64,000 nt of DNA, from the NCBI GenBank assembly GCA_947085935.1, contig CAMTYE010000009.1, positions 5,153 through 69,152 of the forward strand, given 5' to 3'. The notes under the pieces were generated by a model. That model made no database searches. It saw nothing but the letters and a program-made list of their open reading frames with translations, and was not told the origin of the DNA. Made by a program: the position numbers and the translations under genes. Source of the stretch: an uncultured Actinomycetes bacterium (GTDB lineage: Bacteria > Actinomycetota > Coriobacteriia > Anaerosomatales > CAMTYE01). Below are positions 45,972 through 55,902 of the stretch, piece after piece (the first letter of the stretch is position 1; the number at the start of each line of letters is the position of its first letter).

Positions 45972-47741
45972 ATGCTGGATGCACGCTATTCGATCCGTAC
46001 CCACACCGCTGGTTCGCTGGGCGCGTCGCAGATAGGCGAGACCGTTGTCGTCGCCGGCTGGGTCGGGAAGCGTCGCGATCACGGCGGACTCATCTTCGTC
46101 GATCTCCGTGACCGCTCCGGCATCGTTCAGTGCACGTTCGACCCGGATGCATCGGGCGAGGCGTTCATGACGGCCGAGAGAGTACGCCCCGAGTGGGTGG
46201 TGAAGATCACCGGCATCGTACGCAAGCGTCCCGACGGGACCGAGAACCCGAACATGAGCACGGGCGATATCGAGATCGCTGTGACCGGGGCCGAGGTGCT
46301 GAATTCGAGTGAGACGCCCCCGTTCGAAGTCGAGGCCGGCATCGAGACGGATGAAGTCACGCGAATGCGCTACCGCTACATCGACATCCGCCGTCCGGAG
46401 GTGCTGTTCGCGTTGCATCTTCGCGACCGCGTGGCTCAGCGATTTCGAAAGGCGCTCGAGACTCGCGGCTTCATGGAGGTGGAAACGCCGATCCTCGGCA
46501 AGTCCACGCCCGAAGGCGCACGCGACTTCATAGTTCCGAGTCGCATGACTCCCGGCGCGTTCTACGCGCTGCCGCAATCACCGCAGCTCTTCAAGCAGCT
46601 GTTCATGGTGGGGGGTATCGAACGCTACTACCAGATCGCACGCTGCTTCCGTGACGAGGACCTGCGCGCCGACCGACAGCCCGAGTTCACGCAGGTCGAC
46701 ATCGAGATGTCGTTCGCGACCCAGGACGACATCATGTTGATGATGGAAGACGTGATGCATGAGGTGATGAAGGAGGCCGATGTAGATCTGCAGGTGCCGC
46801 TGCGCCGCATGACCTACGCCGAAGCCATGGACCGTTTCGGCTCGGACCGGCCGGACACGCGCCTCGGGATGGAGCTGGCCGACGCGAGCACCGTGTTCTC
46901 GGCAAGTGAGTTCAAGGTCTTCGCCGCTGCGCTTGGATCCGGCGGTGTGGTCAAGGGCATCAAGGTACCCGGGGCCGGCGACTGGAGCCGCAGCAGGATC
47001 GACGCTCTCAATCAGGTCGCGGTCGACGCGGGCGCCAGGGGACTTGCGTGGGTCGCCTTCCCGCTGGAGGGCGATGTCCGTTCACCGATCACCAAGTTCT
47101 TCACCGAGGTCGAGATGACCGCGTTGCGCGAGGTGTTCGGGGTTGAACCGGGGGACCTGCTTCTGATGATCGCGGACGTGCGCGACGTGGCCAACGAGGT
47201 CTTGGGCACGCTGCGCTTGCGCGTCGCCGACGAACTGGGTGTCGAGCGCAGGGGATTCGATGCACTGTGGGTCACGGAGTTCCCGATGTTCAAGTACGAC
47301 GCCGACTCCGAGCGATATGCCGCCAATCATCATCCCTTCACGATGCCGTTCGTCGAGGACATCGAGAAGATCGATCACGCTCCGCTGGAGGTCGGTTCGT
47401 ACAGCTACGACCTGATCATCAACGGGTACGAGATCGGCGGCGGGACGCTTCGTATCCACAACCGCGAACTGCAGCTGCGCGTGCTCGAGAAGCTGGGTCA
47501 TACGGCAGAGGAAGCCCACACGCAGTTCGGATTCCTGCTTGAGGCGCTCGCTCTCGGCGCGCCTCCTCACGGCGGTATCGCACTCGGCCTCGATCGCCTG
47601 ATCATGATCCTCGCCGGCGCATCCTCGATTCGCGAGGTCATCGCGTTTCCGAAGACCTCGTCGGGCGCGGACCCGCTCACCGGGGCTCCGGACACCGTCT
47701 CAGCTCGGCAACTCAAGGAAGTCCATCTCAAGTCCGATTAA
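45972..47741 (+). CDS. aspS: Aspartate--tRNA ligase
   Basis: LIFVDLRDRSGIVQ, QSPQLFKQLFMVGGIERYYQIARCFRDEDLRADRQPEFTQVD and GGIALGLDRLIM. Confidence 0.95.
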   Translation: MLDARYSIRTHTAGSLGASQIGETVVVAGWVGKRRDHGGLIFVDLRDRSGIVQCTFDPDASGEAFMTAERVRPEWVVKITGIVRKRPDGTENPNMSTGDIEIAVTGAEVLNSSETPPFEVEAGIETDEVTRMRYRYIDIRRPEVLFALHLRDRVAQRFRKALETRGFMEVETPILGKSTPEGARDFIVPSRMTPGAFYALPQSPQLFKQLFMVGGIERYYQIARCFRDEDLRADRQPEFTQVDIEMSFATQDDIMLMMEDVMHEVMKEADVDLQVPLRRMTYAEAMDRFGSDRPDTRLGMELADASTVFSASEFKVFAAALGSGGVVKGIKVPGAGDWSRSRIDALNQVAVDAGARGLAWVAFPLEGDVRSPITKFFTEVEMTALREVFGVEPGDLLLMIADVRDVANEVLGTLRLRVADELGVERRGFDALWVTEFPMFKYDADSERYAANHHPFTMPFVEDIEKIDHAPLEVGSYSYDLIINGYEIGGGTLRIHNRELQLRVLEKLGHTAEEAHTQFGFLLEALALGAPPHGGIALGLDRLIMILAGASSIREVIAFPKTSSGADPLTGAPDTVSARQLKEVHLKSD

Positions 47742-48023
47742 GAGTAGTGGACGGCACTCAGGGAACCGTGGCCGCCATTGTGGGTCATTCGAGCGCGCGT
47801 TACACTAGTCAGTGGGCTTCGCCTTGCGCGTGGTTCCGGCACTTTGAGCGGGTGAACCAACACTTCTGATTCGGGAGCCTCACCATTCCGCAGTGGACAG
47901 GTATCCTCCTTGTTGAGGAAGCTGGAAGCCGTCGGTGCGGGCACCCACCTGCTGAGAAGCAGGTCCACCGCGTCGGACCACGTCAAGGCGGGCTCGCCGT
48001 ACAGTGCGGCATGGAGGAGCAGC

Positions 48024-48641
48024 ATGATGCGCAGAATAGTCGCAGCAGGTATCGCAGCATTGATCGCAGCATCACTTCTGGGTTGTGGGGGCGGAGGGGC
48101 GGACACCGCCGGCAGCGGTGACGTCGCCGTTCAGACGCAGTCCGATCCGGCAGCACCCCCACCGAGCTCGGCGGCACCGGTCTCGGATGTCGTCACCAAC
48201 ACCCTGTCTCCGCGTGTCGCCCAGCCCTTCGTGCCGTTCCCGAAGGACGAGGACGTGTTGCCACAAGAGGTCATGAATCGCCTGGAGACCAAGCAGCCCA
48301 TGATGTTGTTCTTCTACGATGCCTCGCAGAAGACCACAGATGACCAGCGCGAGGCTATCGATGCGGTGTTGGCCGATTACCGGGGACTGATCGATCTGGT
48401 CTCCTACGACGTGGGCAAGTACGTCAGCAGCGATGAGGCCGGGGTCGTGACACTGGATCCCGGCATGGAGAGTGACGCCGGCGCGAAGCAGGTGGCGAAC
48501 CTCGTTGGCGAGGCGTACCTCAACATCACCTTCACGCCCTCTATCGTTCTCGTCGACGAGCAGGGCTACATCACGCGCCGCTTCCGTGGCTACGTTGACG
48601 AGGTGGCCATCGAGCGCGAGGTACTGCGGGCGACGCAGTAG
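48024..48641 (+). CDS. Lipoprotein, function unknown (possibly a thioredoxin-like fold without CxxC)
   Basis: ATG at 48024 after GGAGGAGCAGC. Lipobox AASLLGCGGG. The ORF-track extension back to 47910 is rejected. Confidence 0.6.
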   Translation: MMRRIVAAGIAALIAASLLGCGGGGADTAGSGDVAVQTQSDPAAPPPSSAAPVSDVVTNTLSPRVAQPFVPFPKDEDVLPQEVMNRLETKQPMMLFFYDASQKTTDDQREAIDAVLADYRGLIDLVSYDVGKYVSSDEAGVVTLDPGMESDAGAKQVANLVGEAYLNITFTPSIVLVDEQGYITRRFRGYVDEVAIEREVLRATQ

Positions 48642-48645
48642 CGAC

Positions 48646-49965
48646 GTGGGAACGCTGTTCGACGAGTCGGCCGAGGAGAACCTGCGTCGAGGTGCTCCGT
48701 TGGCCGCCCGGATGCGTCCGCGCGACCTTGACGAGTTCGTTGGCCAGGAGTCCGTGGTCGGCGAGGGCACCGTTCTCCGCCTTGCGATCGTCAGCGACCG
48801 CTTGTCCAGCCTGATCCTCTACGGCCCTCCGGGTACCGGCAAGACCAGCCTCGCGCGCATCATCGCGAACACGACAGACGCCGCATTCGCGGAGATCTCC
48901 GCCGTCACGAGCGGAGTCGCCGACATCCGCAAACAGATCGAGGCCGCTCGCGATCGACTGGCCTTCGGTTCCCAGCGGACGATTCTGTTCGTGGACGAGA
49001 TCCACCGGTTCTCGAAGTCGCAGCAAGACGCGCTGTTGCACGCCGTGGAGGACCGCCTCGTGGTCTTGATCGGCGCGACGACGGAGAACCCCTTCTTCGA
49101 GGTGAACGCCCCGCTCATCTCGCGCTCTCGCGTAGTCGAGCTCGAGCCTCTGTCTGACGAGCACATCTCACGGATACTCGACTCGGCGCTGAGTGACGAG
49201 CGGGGGCTCCACAACCGCTTCAAGCTCGCCCGCGACGCTCACGAGCACATAGTCCGTACCGCCGGCGGCGATGCTCGAACCGCACTCACGACCCTCGAGC
49301 TCGCCGCCGCAACGATCGAGCCGGACCCCGATGGATTCGCCCGTATCGACCTCGAGGTCGTGCAAGCCGCCACTCTGACCCGCTCCCTGGCTTACGACAA
49401 GAGCGGCGACGTTCATTACGACGTTGTCAGCGCATTCATCAAGTCGATGCGTGGGAGCGATCCTGATGCGGCGGTGTACTGGCTGGCCCGCATGATTCAC
49501 GGGGGAGAGGACCCGAAGTTCATCGCGCGCCGCATGCTGATCTTCGCGTCTGAGGATGTCGGCAACGCCGATCCGCAGGCGCTGCTCATCGCCCATGCGG
49601 CGTTCAAGTCCGCGGAGTCCATCGGCTGGCCGGAGTGCCGGATCAACCTTGCGCAGGCCGCTGTGTACATGGCGCTCGCGCCCAAGTCGAACGCGGCATA
49701 CGTGGCGATCGATGCCGCGCTTGCCGAGGTCAGAAACGGTCCGGCGCGATCGGTCCCGTCGCATCTGCGCGACCGACACAGACCGGGTGCCGAGGAGTAC
49801 GGAGCATACGTGTATCCACACGGCCACCCGGGTGGCGTCGTCGATCAGCTGTGCCTGCCCGACGGTCTCGAGCGCGGAGCGTTCTTCCGCGCCGGAGAGC
49901 GCGGCTGGGAGGCCGAGATGGTGCGTCGGCTCGATACACGTCGTGGCCACCGGGACGGGGAGTAG
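48646..49965 (+). CDS. rarA: Replication-associated recombination protein A (AAA+ ATPase)
   Basis: GTG at 48646. Signatures RMRPRDLDEFVGQ, Walker [31 protein letters not shown], and a C-terminal MgsA-type YWLARMI.GGEDP.FIARR. Confidence 0.9.
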   Translation: MGTLFDESAEENLRRGAPLAARMRPRDLDEFVGQESVVGEGTVLRLAIVSDRLSSLILYGPPGTGKTSLARIIANTTDAAFAEISAVTSGVADIRKQIEAARDRLAFGSQRTILFVDEIHRFSKSQQDALLHAVEDRLVVLIGATTENPFFEVNAPLISRSRVVELEPLSDEHISRILDSALSDERGLHNRFKLARDAHEHIVRTAGGDARTALTTLELAAATIEPDPDGFARIDLEVVQAATLTRSLAYDKSGDVHYDVVSAFIKSMRGSDPDAAVYWLARMIHGGEDPKFIARRMLIFASEDVGNADPQALLIAHAAFKSAESIGWPECRINLAQAAVYMALAPKSNAAYVAIDAALAEVRNGPARSVPSHLRDRHRPGAEEYGAYVYPHGHPGGVVDQLCLPDGLERGAFFRAGERGWEAEMVRRLDTRRGHRDGE

Positions 49966-50045
49966 TTCCGGGCCCGCCTGCCCACTGTGGTGGTTCGGCC
50001 TCTGCTACACTTGGGGCACCCACGTGACACGAGTCGAGGCGGTCC

Positions 50046-50408
50046 ATGGAAGCCGAAGAAGTCCTGAGAATCGTCTTGATAGTTGCGGCCATACTCACAT
50101 GTGGCGCGCTGATGTTCGTACTCTTCGAGGCCTTCCGCGGGCTGCGGGAAGTACGTGAGACGACCTCTGAGCTACGAGGGCGATTGGTCCCACTTCTCGA
50201 CAAGGTCGATGTGACCGTCGACGCCATCAACGCCGAGATGATGCGTATCGACGGAGTAGTCAGCAGGTTCGAAGAAGTCTCGGAACGGGTGAGCTCGACG
50301 ACGAGCGCCGTACACGACGTCGTGAACGCTCCGATGGAGACCATCTCTGCAGTCGGTAATGGTCTGCGCGGAGTCCTGACCGGATGGCGACGCACCCGCA
50401 AGCGCTGA
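50046..50408 (+). CDS. DUF948-type membrane-anchored coiled-coil protein
   Basis: N-terminal TM (IVLIVAAILTCGALMFVLF) followed by a helical region resembling DUF948. Confidence 0.7.
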   Translation: MEAEEVLRIVLIVAAILTCGALMFVLFEAFRGLREVRETTSELRGRLVPLLDKVDVTVDAINAEMMRIDGVVSRFEEVSERVSSTTSAVHDVVNAPMETISAVGNGLRGVLTGWRRTRKR

Positions 50409-50442
50409 TCGGGCCGTTACGCATGTGGCTCTCGGAGGGGTT

Positions 50443-50847
50443 ATGGCACACGACACCAGCACACTCACTGTTCCATCACGCCCGGAGTTCGCGCACGCGG
50501 TCAGGATGACCGCTGCTGTGCTCGTGGGCCGAACCGGACTCGGCTACGACGAGGTCGATGACGTTCGCATAGCGGCGGAGGAGGCCTTCGTCTACGCATG
50601 CGATCATGCAGAGGATGACAGCCAGATCACCCTGCGTTTCGTGATGACGGACGATGCGTTTGAGATCGTCGTGCCCCTCGCGGGGTGCTCGACCGTGCCC
50701 GACGAGGACGCCGAGCGCCGAGCGGCGTACGCGACCTTCATCCTGCAGTCCGTGTGCGATCGGTTCGAGATGGCCTCGGACGACGACGGGGCATACCTAC
50801 GAGTGGTGAAGAACCTGCCTGCGGGGTCGGAAGATGTCGACGGCTAG
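50443..50847 (+). CDS. Putative anti-sigma factor (RsbW/SpoIIAB-like fold, apparently degenerate ATP site)
   Basis: ATG at 50443 after GGAGGGG. Its 3' end overlaps the sigma gene start. The size and helix-strand pattern resemble RsbW-type proteins, but I cannot find a canonical N-box Asn or DxGxG boxes. Confidence 0.5.
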   Translation: MAHDTSTLTVPSRPEFAHAVRMTAAVLVGRTGLGYDEVDDVRIAAEEAFVYACDHAEDDSQITLRFVMTDDAFEIVVPLAGCSTVPDEDAERRAAYATFILQSVCDRFEMASDDDGAYLRVVKNLPAGSEDVDG

Positions 50848-51622
50848 GCGAGCCGACAAGCAGTCCCGCAAACTGAGCTGGGACAAGAAGCGCACCAGAG
50901 AGCTCTTCGCGCAGTACAGGCTCGACGGCGATGATGCCGCGCGGGACGAACTCGTCACGATGTACCTCAATCTGGTGCGATATCTTGCGAGCCGGTTTCG
51001 CAACCGCGGTGAGGCGATCGACGACCTCATTCAGGTCGGCACGATCGGTCTGATCAAAGCCATCGACAGATTCGACACCGATCGGCAGGTCGAGTTCACG
51101 ACGTACGCGACACCCACGATCGTCGGTGAGCTCAAGCGCTACTTCCGCGATAAGGGGTGGGCGATCAAGGTCCCTCGCCGCTTGCAGGAGCTGTCGTTCA
51201 AAGTCAACCAGGCGATCGACGCGCTCACGCAGCGCCTGCAGCGGTCGCCGTCGGTTCCCGAGATCGCAGAGTACCTCGGAGTCACGCCGGAGGAGGTGCT
51301 CGAGGCGATGGAGACGAGCGAGGCCTACAACTTCGTCTCGCTTGAGGGTGACCGGGGCGGTGACGGCTCCGACAGCTTCTCGATCCTCGAGTACATCGGC
51401 AAGGACGACCAGCTCATGGCCGTCGTCGAGGACCGCGCTACGCTGTCGGCGGCGCTCAAGAAGCTCAGCCCCCAGGAGCAACGCGTACTCTACCTGCGGT
51501 TCTTCGAAGGGCTCACTCAGACCGAGATCGCGCGTCAGCTCGAGATCTCGCAGATGCAGGTCTCACGTCTGCTGCGACGCACGCTCAGGATCCTGCGGGA
51601 GAATATCGTCAGGGAGGTGTGA
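50834..51622 (+). CDS. SigB/SigF/SigG-family (group 3) RNA polymerase sigma factor
   Basis: DDLIQVGTIGLIKAIDRFD, YATPTIVGELKRYFRDKGWAIKVPRRLQE and LTQTEIARQLEISQMQVSRLLRR. Confidence 0.9.
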   Translation: MSTARRADKQSRKLSWDKKRTRELFAQYRLDGDDAARDELVTMYLNLVRYLASRFRNRGEAIDDLIQVGTIGLIKAIDRFDTDRQVEFTTYATPTIVGELKRYFRDKGWAIKVPRRLQELSFKVNQAIDALTQRLQRSPSVPEIAEYLGVTPEEVLEAMETSEAYNFVSLEGDRGGDGSDSFSILEYIGKDDQLMAVVEDRATLSAALKKLSPQEQRVLYLRFFEGLTQTEIARQLEISQMQVSRLLRRTLRILRENIVREV

Positions 51623-52836
51623 CCGTGGGGCCTGAGCGCAGGGAGCGGATCGCTCAAGCGGCCATAGCGGCCTGGGCGATCATCGGATGGGCGATCGTGT
51701 CGGCTGCGGTGTTCTTGCTGCTCGGCCGCGTCGCCAGTGCGTTGACCCCGTTCGTTCTCGGGGGCATCATCGTGCTCGTGTTCCGCTCTCCGGTGCGCAC
51801 CCTCGAGCAGCGGGGCATGGCCCGCTCTGCGGCCGTAGCCGTGTGCTACGTGGCCACTCTCGCAGTGCTCGCGGCGGTGGGCGCGTTCTTCGTTCCACCG
51901 CTCATCTCACAGATCGAGCAGTTCGCGCGCAATACGCCGGCCTACGCTCAGGCGGTCGAGACATGGTGGGCCGGCATGCAAGGGCGGGTCGAGACGGTGA
52001 TCCTACCCGCCTGGTTCGCCGATGCCCTGGGCCAGGTCGGCACGACCATCGGCGACGAGTTGGCGAAATGGGCGTCTGCCCTGGCCTCCGGCGTGATTAC
52101 CGCAGGCGGTGCGGCGGCCGGCCTACTCTTCAATCTGGTGCTCGCACTCGTGGTGGGGTTCTGGGCGCTCAAGGACCTGCCGAAGGTGCGAGCGGAGATA
52201 ATGGATCTCGTCTCGGCGCGCAAGCGCGAGGAGGCCGAGGTCGTCCTCGAGACGGTCATGCGGGTTCTGGGCGGGTACGTTCGTGGTCAGGCGATGGTCT
52301 CATTCACAACAGGTGTTCTCGCCGTGGTGGGCCTGACGATCGCCGGCGTGCCGTACTCCCTGGTTCTCGGCTTGATCACGGGCGTGTTCAACATCGTCCC
52401 CTACATCGGGCCCGCGCTCGCGGGCATCATGGCCGCTGCGGCCGGGTTGTTCATCTCGCCCCTCACCGCTCTGTTCGCGCTTCTCGCGGTGTTCGCGGCA
52501 CAGCAGCTCACTGACCTGTTCGTGACCCCGCGCGTCATGTCCGAACAGGTCGACCTGCATCCGCTCCTCGTGATATTCTCCGTGCTCGTCGGGAGCACGC
52601 TGTTTGGGTTCTGGGGGCTGCTGCTGGGTATTCCGGTGGCAGCCATCATCAAGGGGCTCTTCGTCTACTACTTCGAGAAGCACACCCTGCGGACGCTGGG
52701 CACTGAGAACGGTGCGCTGTTCCGTCGAAAGAGATGTCCGGAGCCCGGGCCGGACGGTGCCGTGACCGGTGACGATTGCGAACCCGACGCCGCGGCTGAG
52801 TCAGGTCATGAGACGACCCTGGAGGACCACGAGTGA
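51619..52836 (+). CDS. AI-2E family transporter (PerM-like)
   Basis: GTG overlaps the sigma stop. Eight TM segments. GVFNIVPYIGPALAG is typical of this family. Confidence 0.85.
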   Translation: MTVGPERRERIAQAAIAAWAIIGWAIVSAAVFLLLGRVASALTPFVLGGIIVLVFRSPVRTLEQRGMARSAAVAVCYVATLAVLAAVGAFFVPPLISQIEQFARNTPAYAQAVETWWAGMQGRVETVILPAWFADALGQVGTTIGDELAKWASALASGVITAGGAAAGLLFNLVLALVVGFWALKDLPKVRAEIMDLVSARKREEAEVVLETVMRVLGGYVRGQAMVSFTTGVLAVVGLTIAGVPYSLVLGLITGVFNIVPYIGPALAGIMAAAAGLFISPLTALFALLAVFAAQQLTDLFVTPRVMSEQVDLHPLLVIFSVLVGSTLFGFWGLLLGIPVAAIIKGLFVYYFEKHTLRTLGTENGALFRRKRCPEPGPDGAVTGDDCEPDAAAESGHETTLEDHE

Positions 52837-55454
52837 AGTCCGCTGATATCCGCGAGAGCTATCTGTCGTTCTTCGAAGAGAAGGGTGCCAGGCGCGTTTC
52901 GAGCTCGTCACTCATCCCGGACGATCCGTCATTGCTCTTCACCAGCGCGGGCATGGTCCAGTTCAAGCCGGTGTTCCTCGGCTACAAGGATCTTGGATTC
53001 ACCCGTGCCACGACCTGCCAGAAGTGTCTGCGCACCACCGATATCGACATCATCGGTACGACCGGCCGCCATCACAGCTTCTTCGAGATGCTCGGCAACT
53101 TCAGCTTCGGCGACTACTTCAAGAGCGAAGCGTGCGCGTGGGCCTTCGAGTACTCGACCCGCGTGCTCGGACTGGACGTCGAGCGATTGTGGATCTCCAT
53201 CTACGAGGACGACGACGAGGCCGAAGCCATCTGGCGTGACGAGGTCGGCATCCGCCCCGAGCGCATCGTGCGTATGGGCGCCAAGGACAACTTCTGGTCT
53301 GCCGGACCGACAGGGCCGTGCGGGCCGTGCTCCGAGCTCTACTACGATCAAGGTTCCGAGGTCGGGTGTGGCACCGGGGACTGCAGGCCGGGGTGTGACT
53401 GCGACAGGTTCCTCGAGTACTGGAACCTCGTCTTCATGCAGTACGACCGCCAGGAGGACGGCACGCTCGTCCCGTTGCCCAAGCAGAACATCGATACGGG
53501 CATGGGGCTCGAGCGTGTCGCCACGATCATGCAGGGCGTCCACTCCAACTACGAGACCGATGACCTGAGAGCCATCGTTTCGGTCGCCGAGGAGCTCACC
53601 GGAGTCGCGTACGGCTCCGGCGGCAAGACGGACACGTCACTGCGCATCCTCACCGATCACGCCAGGGCCGTGACGTTCATGATCGCGGACGGCGTGCTCC
53701 CCTCGAACGAGGGTCGCGGGTACGTACTGCGGCGTCTGCTGCGCCGCGCGGTGCGCCACGCGCGTCTCCTGGGCAGGACCGAGCCGGTCATGACCGCGCT
53801 GATCGATGTCGTGGTGACGCGATTCGGCGAGCCGTATCCGGAGATCGCGGAGCACCGCGACCTGATCAAGCGCATCTCAGATGCCGAGGAACTCCGATTC
53901 GATGCGACGCTACGCCAGGGGCTGGCGTTCCTGGACGCAGAGATGACCGCGTTGCGGGCGGCCGGCCACAGTGAGCTCGACGGGGTGAAGGCGTTCACGC
54001 TCCATGACACGTTCGGCTTCCCCGTGGAGTTGACGTCGGAGATCCTTGCCGAGAACGGCCTGGCGCTGGAAACCGCGGTCTTTGACGCTGAGATGCAGGC
54101 GCAGCGCGATCGGGCGCGCGCAGCCGTCAAGGATGAGTCGTGGTCGGGCTTCGACAGTACCTACGCGTCGATACTCGGTACACACGGCGCGACGGAGTTC
54201 GTCGGATACGCCTACGATGAGGTCGACGCCACAGTCGTTGGCATCGTCTCTGAAGGAGCGGGCGTCACCTCTGTCAGCGCGGGGGACCGCGTCGAGGTCG
54301 TACTCGACAAGAGCTCGTTCTACGGCGAGCAGGGCGGGCAGGTGGGCGACACCGGGACCGTGGCCACCGCCTCCGGGACAGTGGTCCGCATCGAGGACAC
54401 CAAGATACCGATCCCGGGAATCGTCGCGCATTCAGGCGTCGTGGAGCGCGGCGTGCTCGAGGTGGGCCAGAGCGTGACGGCAGCCATCGACGTGATGCGA
54501 CGCGAACGCGTTCGCCGCAACCACACGGCCACGCACCTCGTCCACTGGGCGCTCCGTCTGGTGCTGGGCGACCACGTCCACCAGAGCGGCTCGCACGTCG
54601 CTCCGGACCGCATGAGGTTCGACTTCGCCCACTTCGAAGCTCCTTCAGCGGATCAGCTCACCAAGGTAGAGCGCATGGTGAATGCGAAGATCATGGAGAA
54701 CCATCCCGTTCGCGCGTACGAGACCTCTCTGGCGACTGCCAAGGAGTCCGGTGTGACCGCGTTGTTCGGCGAGAAGTACGGCGATTTCGTGCGTGTCCTT
54801 GAGGTCGGCAACTTCAGCAAGGAGCTGTGCGGCGGTACCCATGTCTCGAACACGAGCGAGATCGGCATGCTCAAGATAGTCTCCGAGGGATCCGTCGGAG
54901 CGAACCTCAGGCGTATCGAAGCGGTAACCAGTTTCGACGCGATGGAGCACGTGTATGCCGAGGAGGACATGCTTGCGCGGACCGCCGTGGTACTCAAGGC
55001 CCGGCCCGCCGAAGTGACCGCGAGGGTCGAGACGCTCCTGAAGCGAGCAAAGGACGCCGAGGCCGCGCTGTCCGATGCCAAGCGCCGCGGGTCATCCGGC
55101 GAGATCGATGCGCTGGTGGCCGGAGCGTTCGACGTCGGCTACCCTCTGGTCATCGCGCAGGTGGAGGCGTCGTCCGCCGGCGAGATGCGCGATATCTCCG
55201 ATCAGCTGCGCTCGAAGGTCGATTCCGGCGCGGTCGTACTCGTCGCCGACGCGGGCGGTCCGGTGTTGCTCCTGGCCGCCGGTTCAGACACCGCGGTCAC
55301 CGCAGGGTTCGATGCGGGCGCCGTCATCAAAGCCATGGCTCCCGCCGTCAAGGGCGGGGGAGGCGGCAAGCCGGCAATGGCTCAGGCCGGCGGCAAGGAT
55401 GCCGCGGGCATCGTCGAGGCCCTGCGCATCGCGCGTGAGACCCTCGGAGTCTAA
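52833..55454 (+). CDS. alaS: Alanine--tRNA ligase
   Basis: FTSAGMVQFKP, RHHSFFEMLGNFSFGDYFK, the editing-domain motif HTATHLVH...CGGTHV, and a C-terminal DHHA1-like GGGGGKP.MAQAGG. Confidence 0.95.
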   Translation: MKSADIRESYLSFFEEKGARRVSSSSLIPDDPSLLFTSAGMVQFKPVFLGYKDLGFTRATTCQKCLRTTDIDIIGTTGRHHSFFEMLGNFSFGDYFKSEACAWAFEYSTRVLGLDVERLWISIYEDDDEAEAIWRDEVGIRPERIVRMGAKDNFWSAGPTGPCGPCSELYYDQGSEVGCGTGDCRPGCDCDRFLEYWNLVFMQYDRQEDGTLVPLPKQNIDTGMGLERVATIMQGVHSNYETDDLRAIVSVAEELTGVAYGSGGKTDTSLRILTDHARAVTFMIADGVLPSNEGRGYVLRRLLRRAVRHARLLGRTEPVMTALIDVVVTRFGEPYPEIAEHRDLIKRISDAEELRFDATLRQGLAFLDAEMTALRAAGHSELDGVKAFTLHDTFGFPVELTSEILAENGLALETAVFDAEMQAQRDRARAAVKDESWSGFDSTYASILGTHGATEFVGYAYDEVDATVVGIVSEGAGVTSVSAGDRVEVVLDKSSFYGEQGGQVGDTGTVATASGTVVRIEDTKIPIPGIVAHSGVVERGVLEVGQSVTAAIDVMRRERVRRNHTATHLVHWALRLVLGDHVHQSGSHVAPDRMRFDFAHFEAPSADQLTKVERMVNAKIMENHPVRAYETSLATAKESGVTALFGEKYGDFVRVLEVGNFSKELCGGTHVSNTSEIGMLKIVSEGSVGANLRRIEAVTSFDAMEHVYAEEDMLARTAVVLKARPAEVTARVETLLKRAKDAEAALSDAKRRGSSGEIDALVAGAFDVGYPLVIAQVEASSAGEMRDISDQLRSKVDSGAVVLVADAGGPVLLLAAGSDTAVTAGFDAGAVIKAMAPAVKGGGGGKPAMAQAGGKDAAGIVEALRIARETLGV

Positions 55455-55476
55455 GAGGGGGTGGTCGGTCCTGCGC

Positions 55477-55902
55477 GTGCTAGGCCTGGACATCGGTGAA
55501 CGGCGTGTGGGCGTTGCGGTCTCGGACCCTTCGGGCGCGGTCGCCACGCCGCTCAAGGTGCTGACCGGCTCTCTGTCGGCGGACATCTCGCCCTTGAGAC
55601 GAATCGTCGAGGACTACGAGCCGGAGCTCCTCGTGATCGGTCTCCCTGTGTCGCTCGACGGGACCGAAGGGCCCCAGGCCCAGCGCGTTCGTGCCGAAGC
55701 GGATCGCATCGTCGCGCTGCTGGGCCTGCCGGTCGAGTTTCAGGATGAGCGCTTCTCCAGCCGGGAGGCCGAACGCGTCATGGCGGAGTCCGGCATGAAC
55801 GAGCGCCAGAGACGCGGGTCTGTCGACATGGTCGCGGCCTCGTTCTTGCTCCAGACGTATCTGGATTCCACACGCTCGTCTCGAGAGAAGGACCGCACGT
55901 GA
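55477..55902 (+). CDS. ruvX: Holliday junction resolvase-like RuvX (YqgF)
   Basis: GTG at 55477. Signatures VLGLDIGERRVGVAVSD, LVIGLPVSLDGTEG and DERFSS.EAER. Confidence 0.85.
   Translation: MLGLDIGERRVGVAVSDPSGAVATPLKVLTGSLSADISPLRRIVEDYEPELLVIGLPVSLDGTEGPQAQRVRAEADRIVALLGLPVEFQDERFSSREAERVMAESGMNERQRRGSVDMVAASFLLQTYLDSTRSSREKDRT

Noticed and set aside
47738-48106. 122-aa minus-strand ORF spanning the aspS-lipoprotein intergenic region
   Set aside because: Its composition is Pro/Ala/Ser-rich. It overlaps the lipoprotein start and RBS, and it has no RBS of its own. I treated the region as non-coding; see the finding on the 47742-48023 region.
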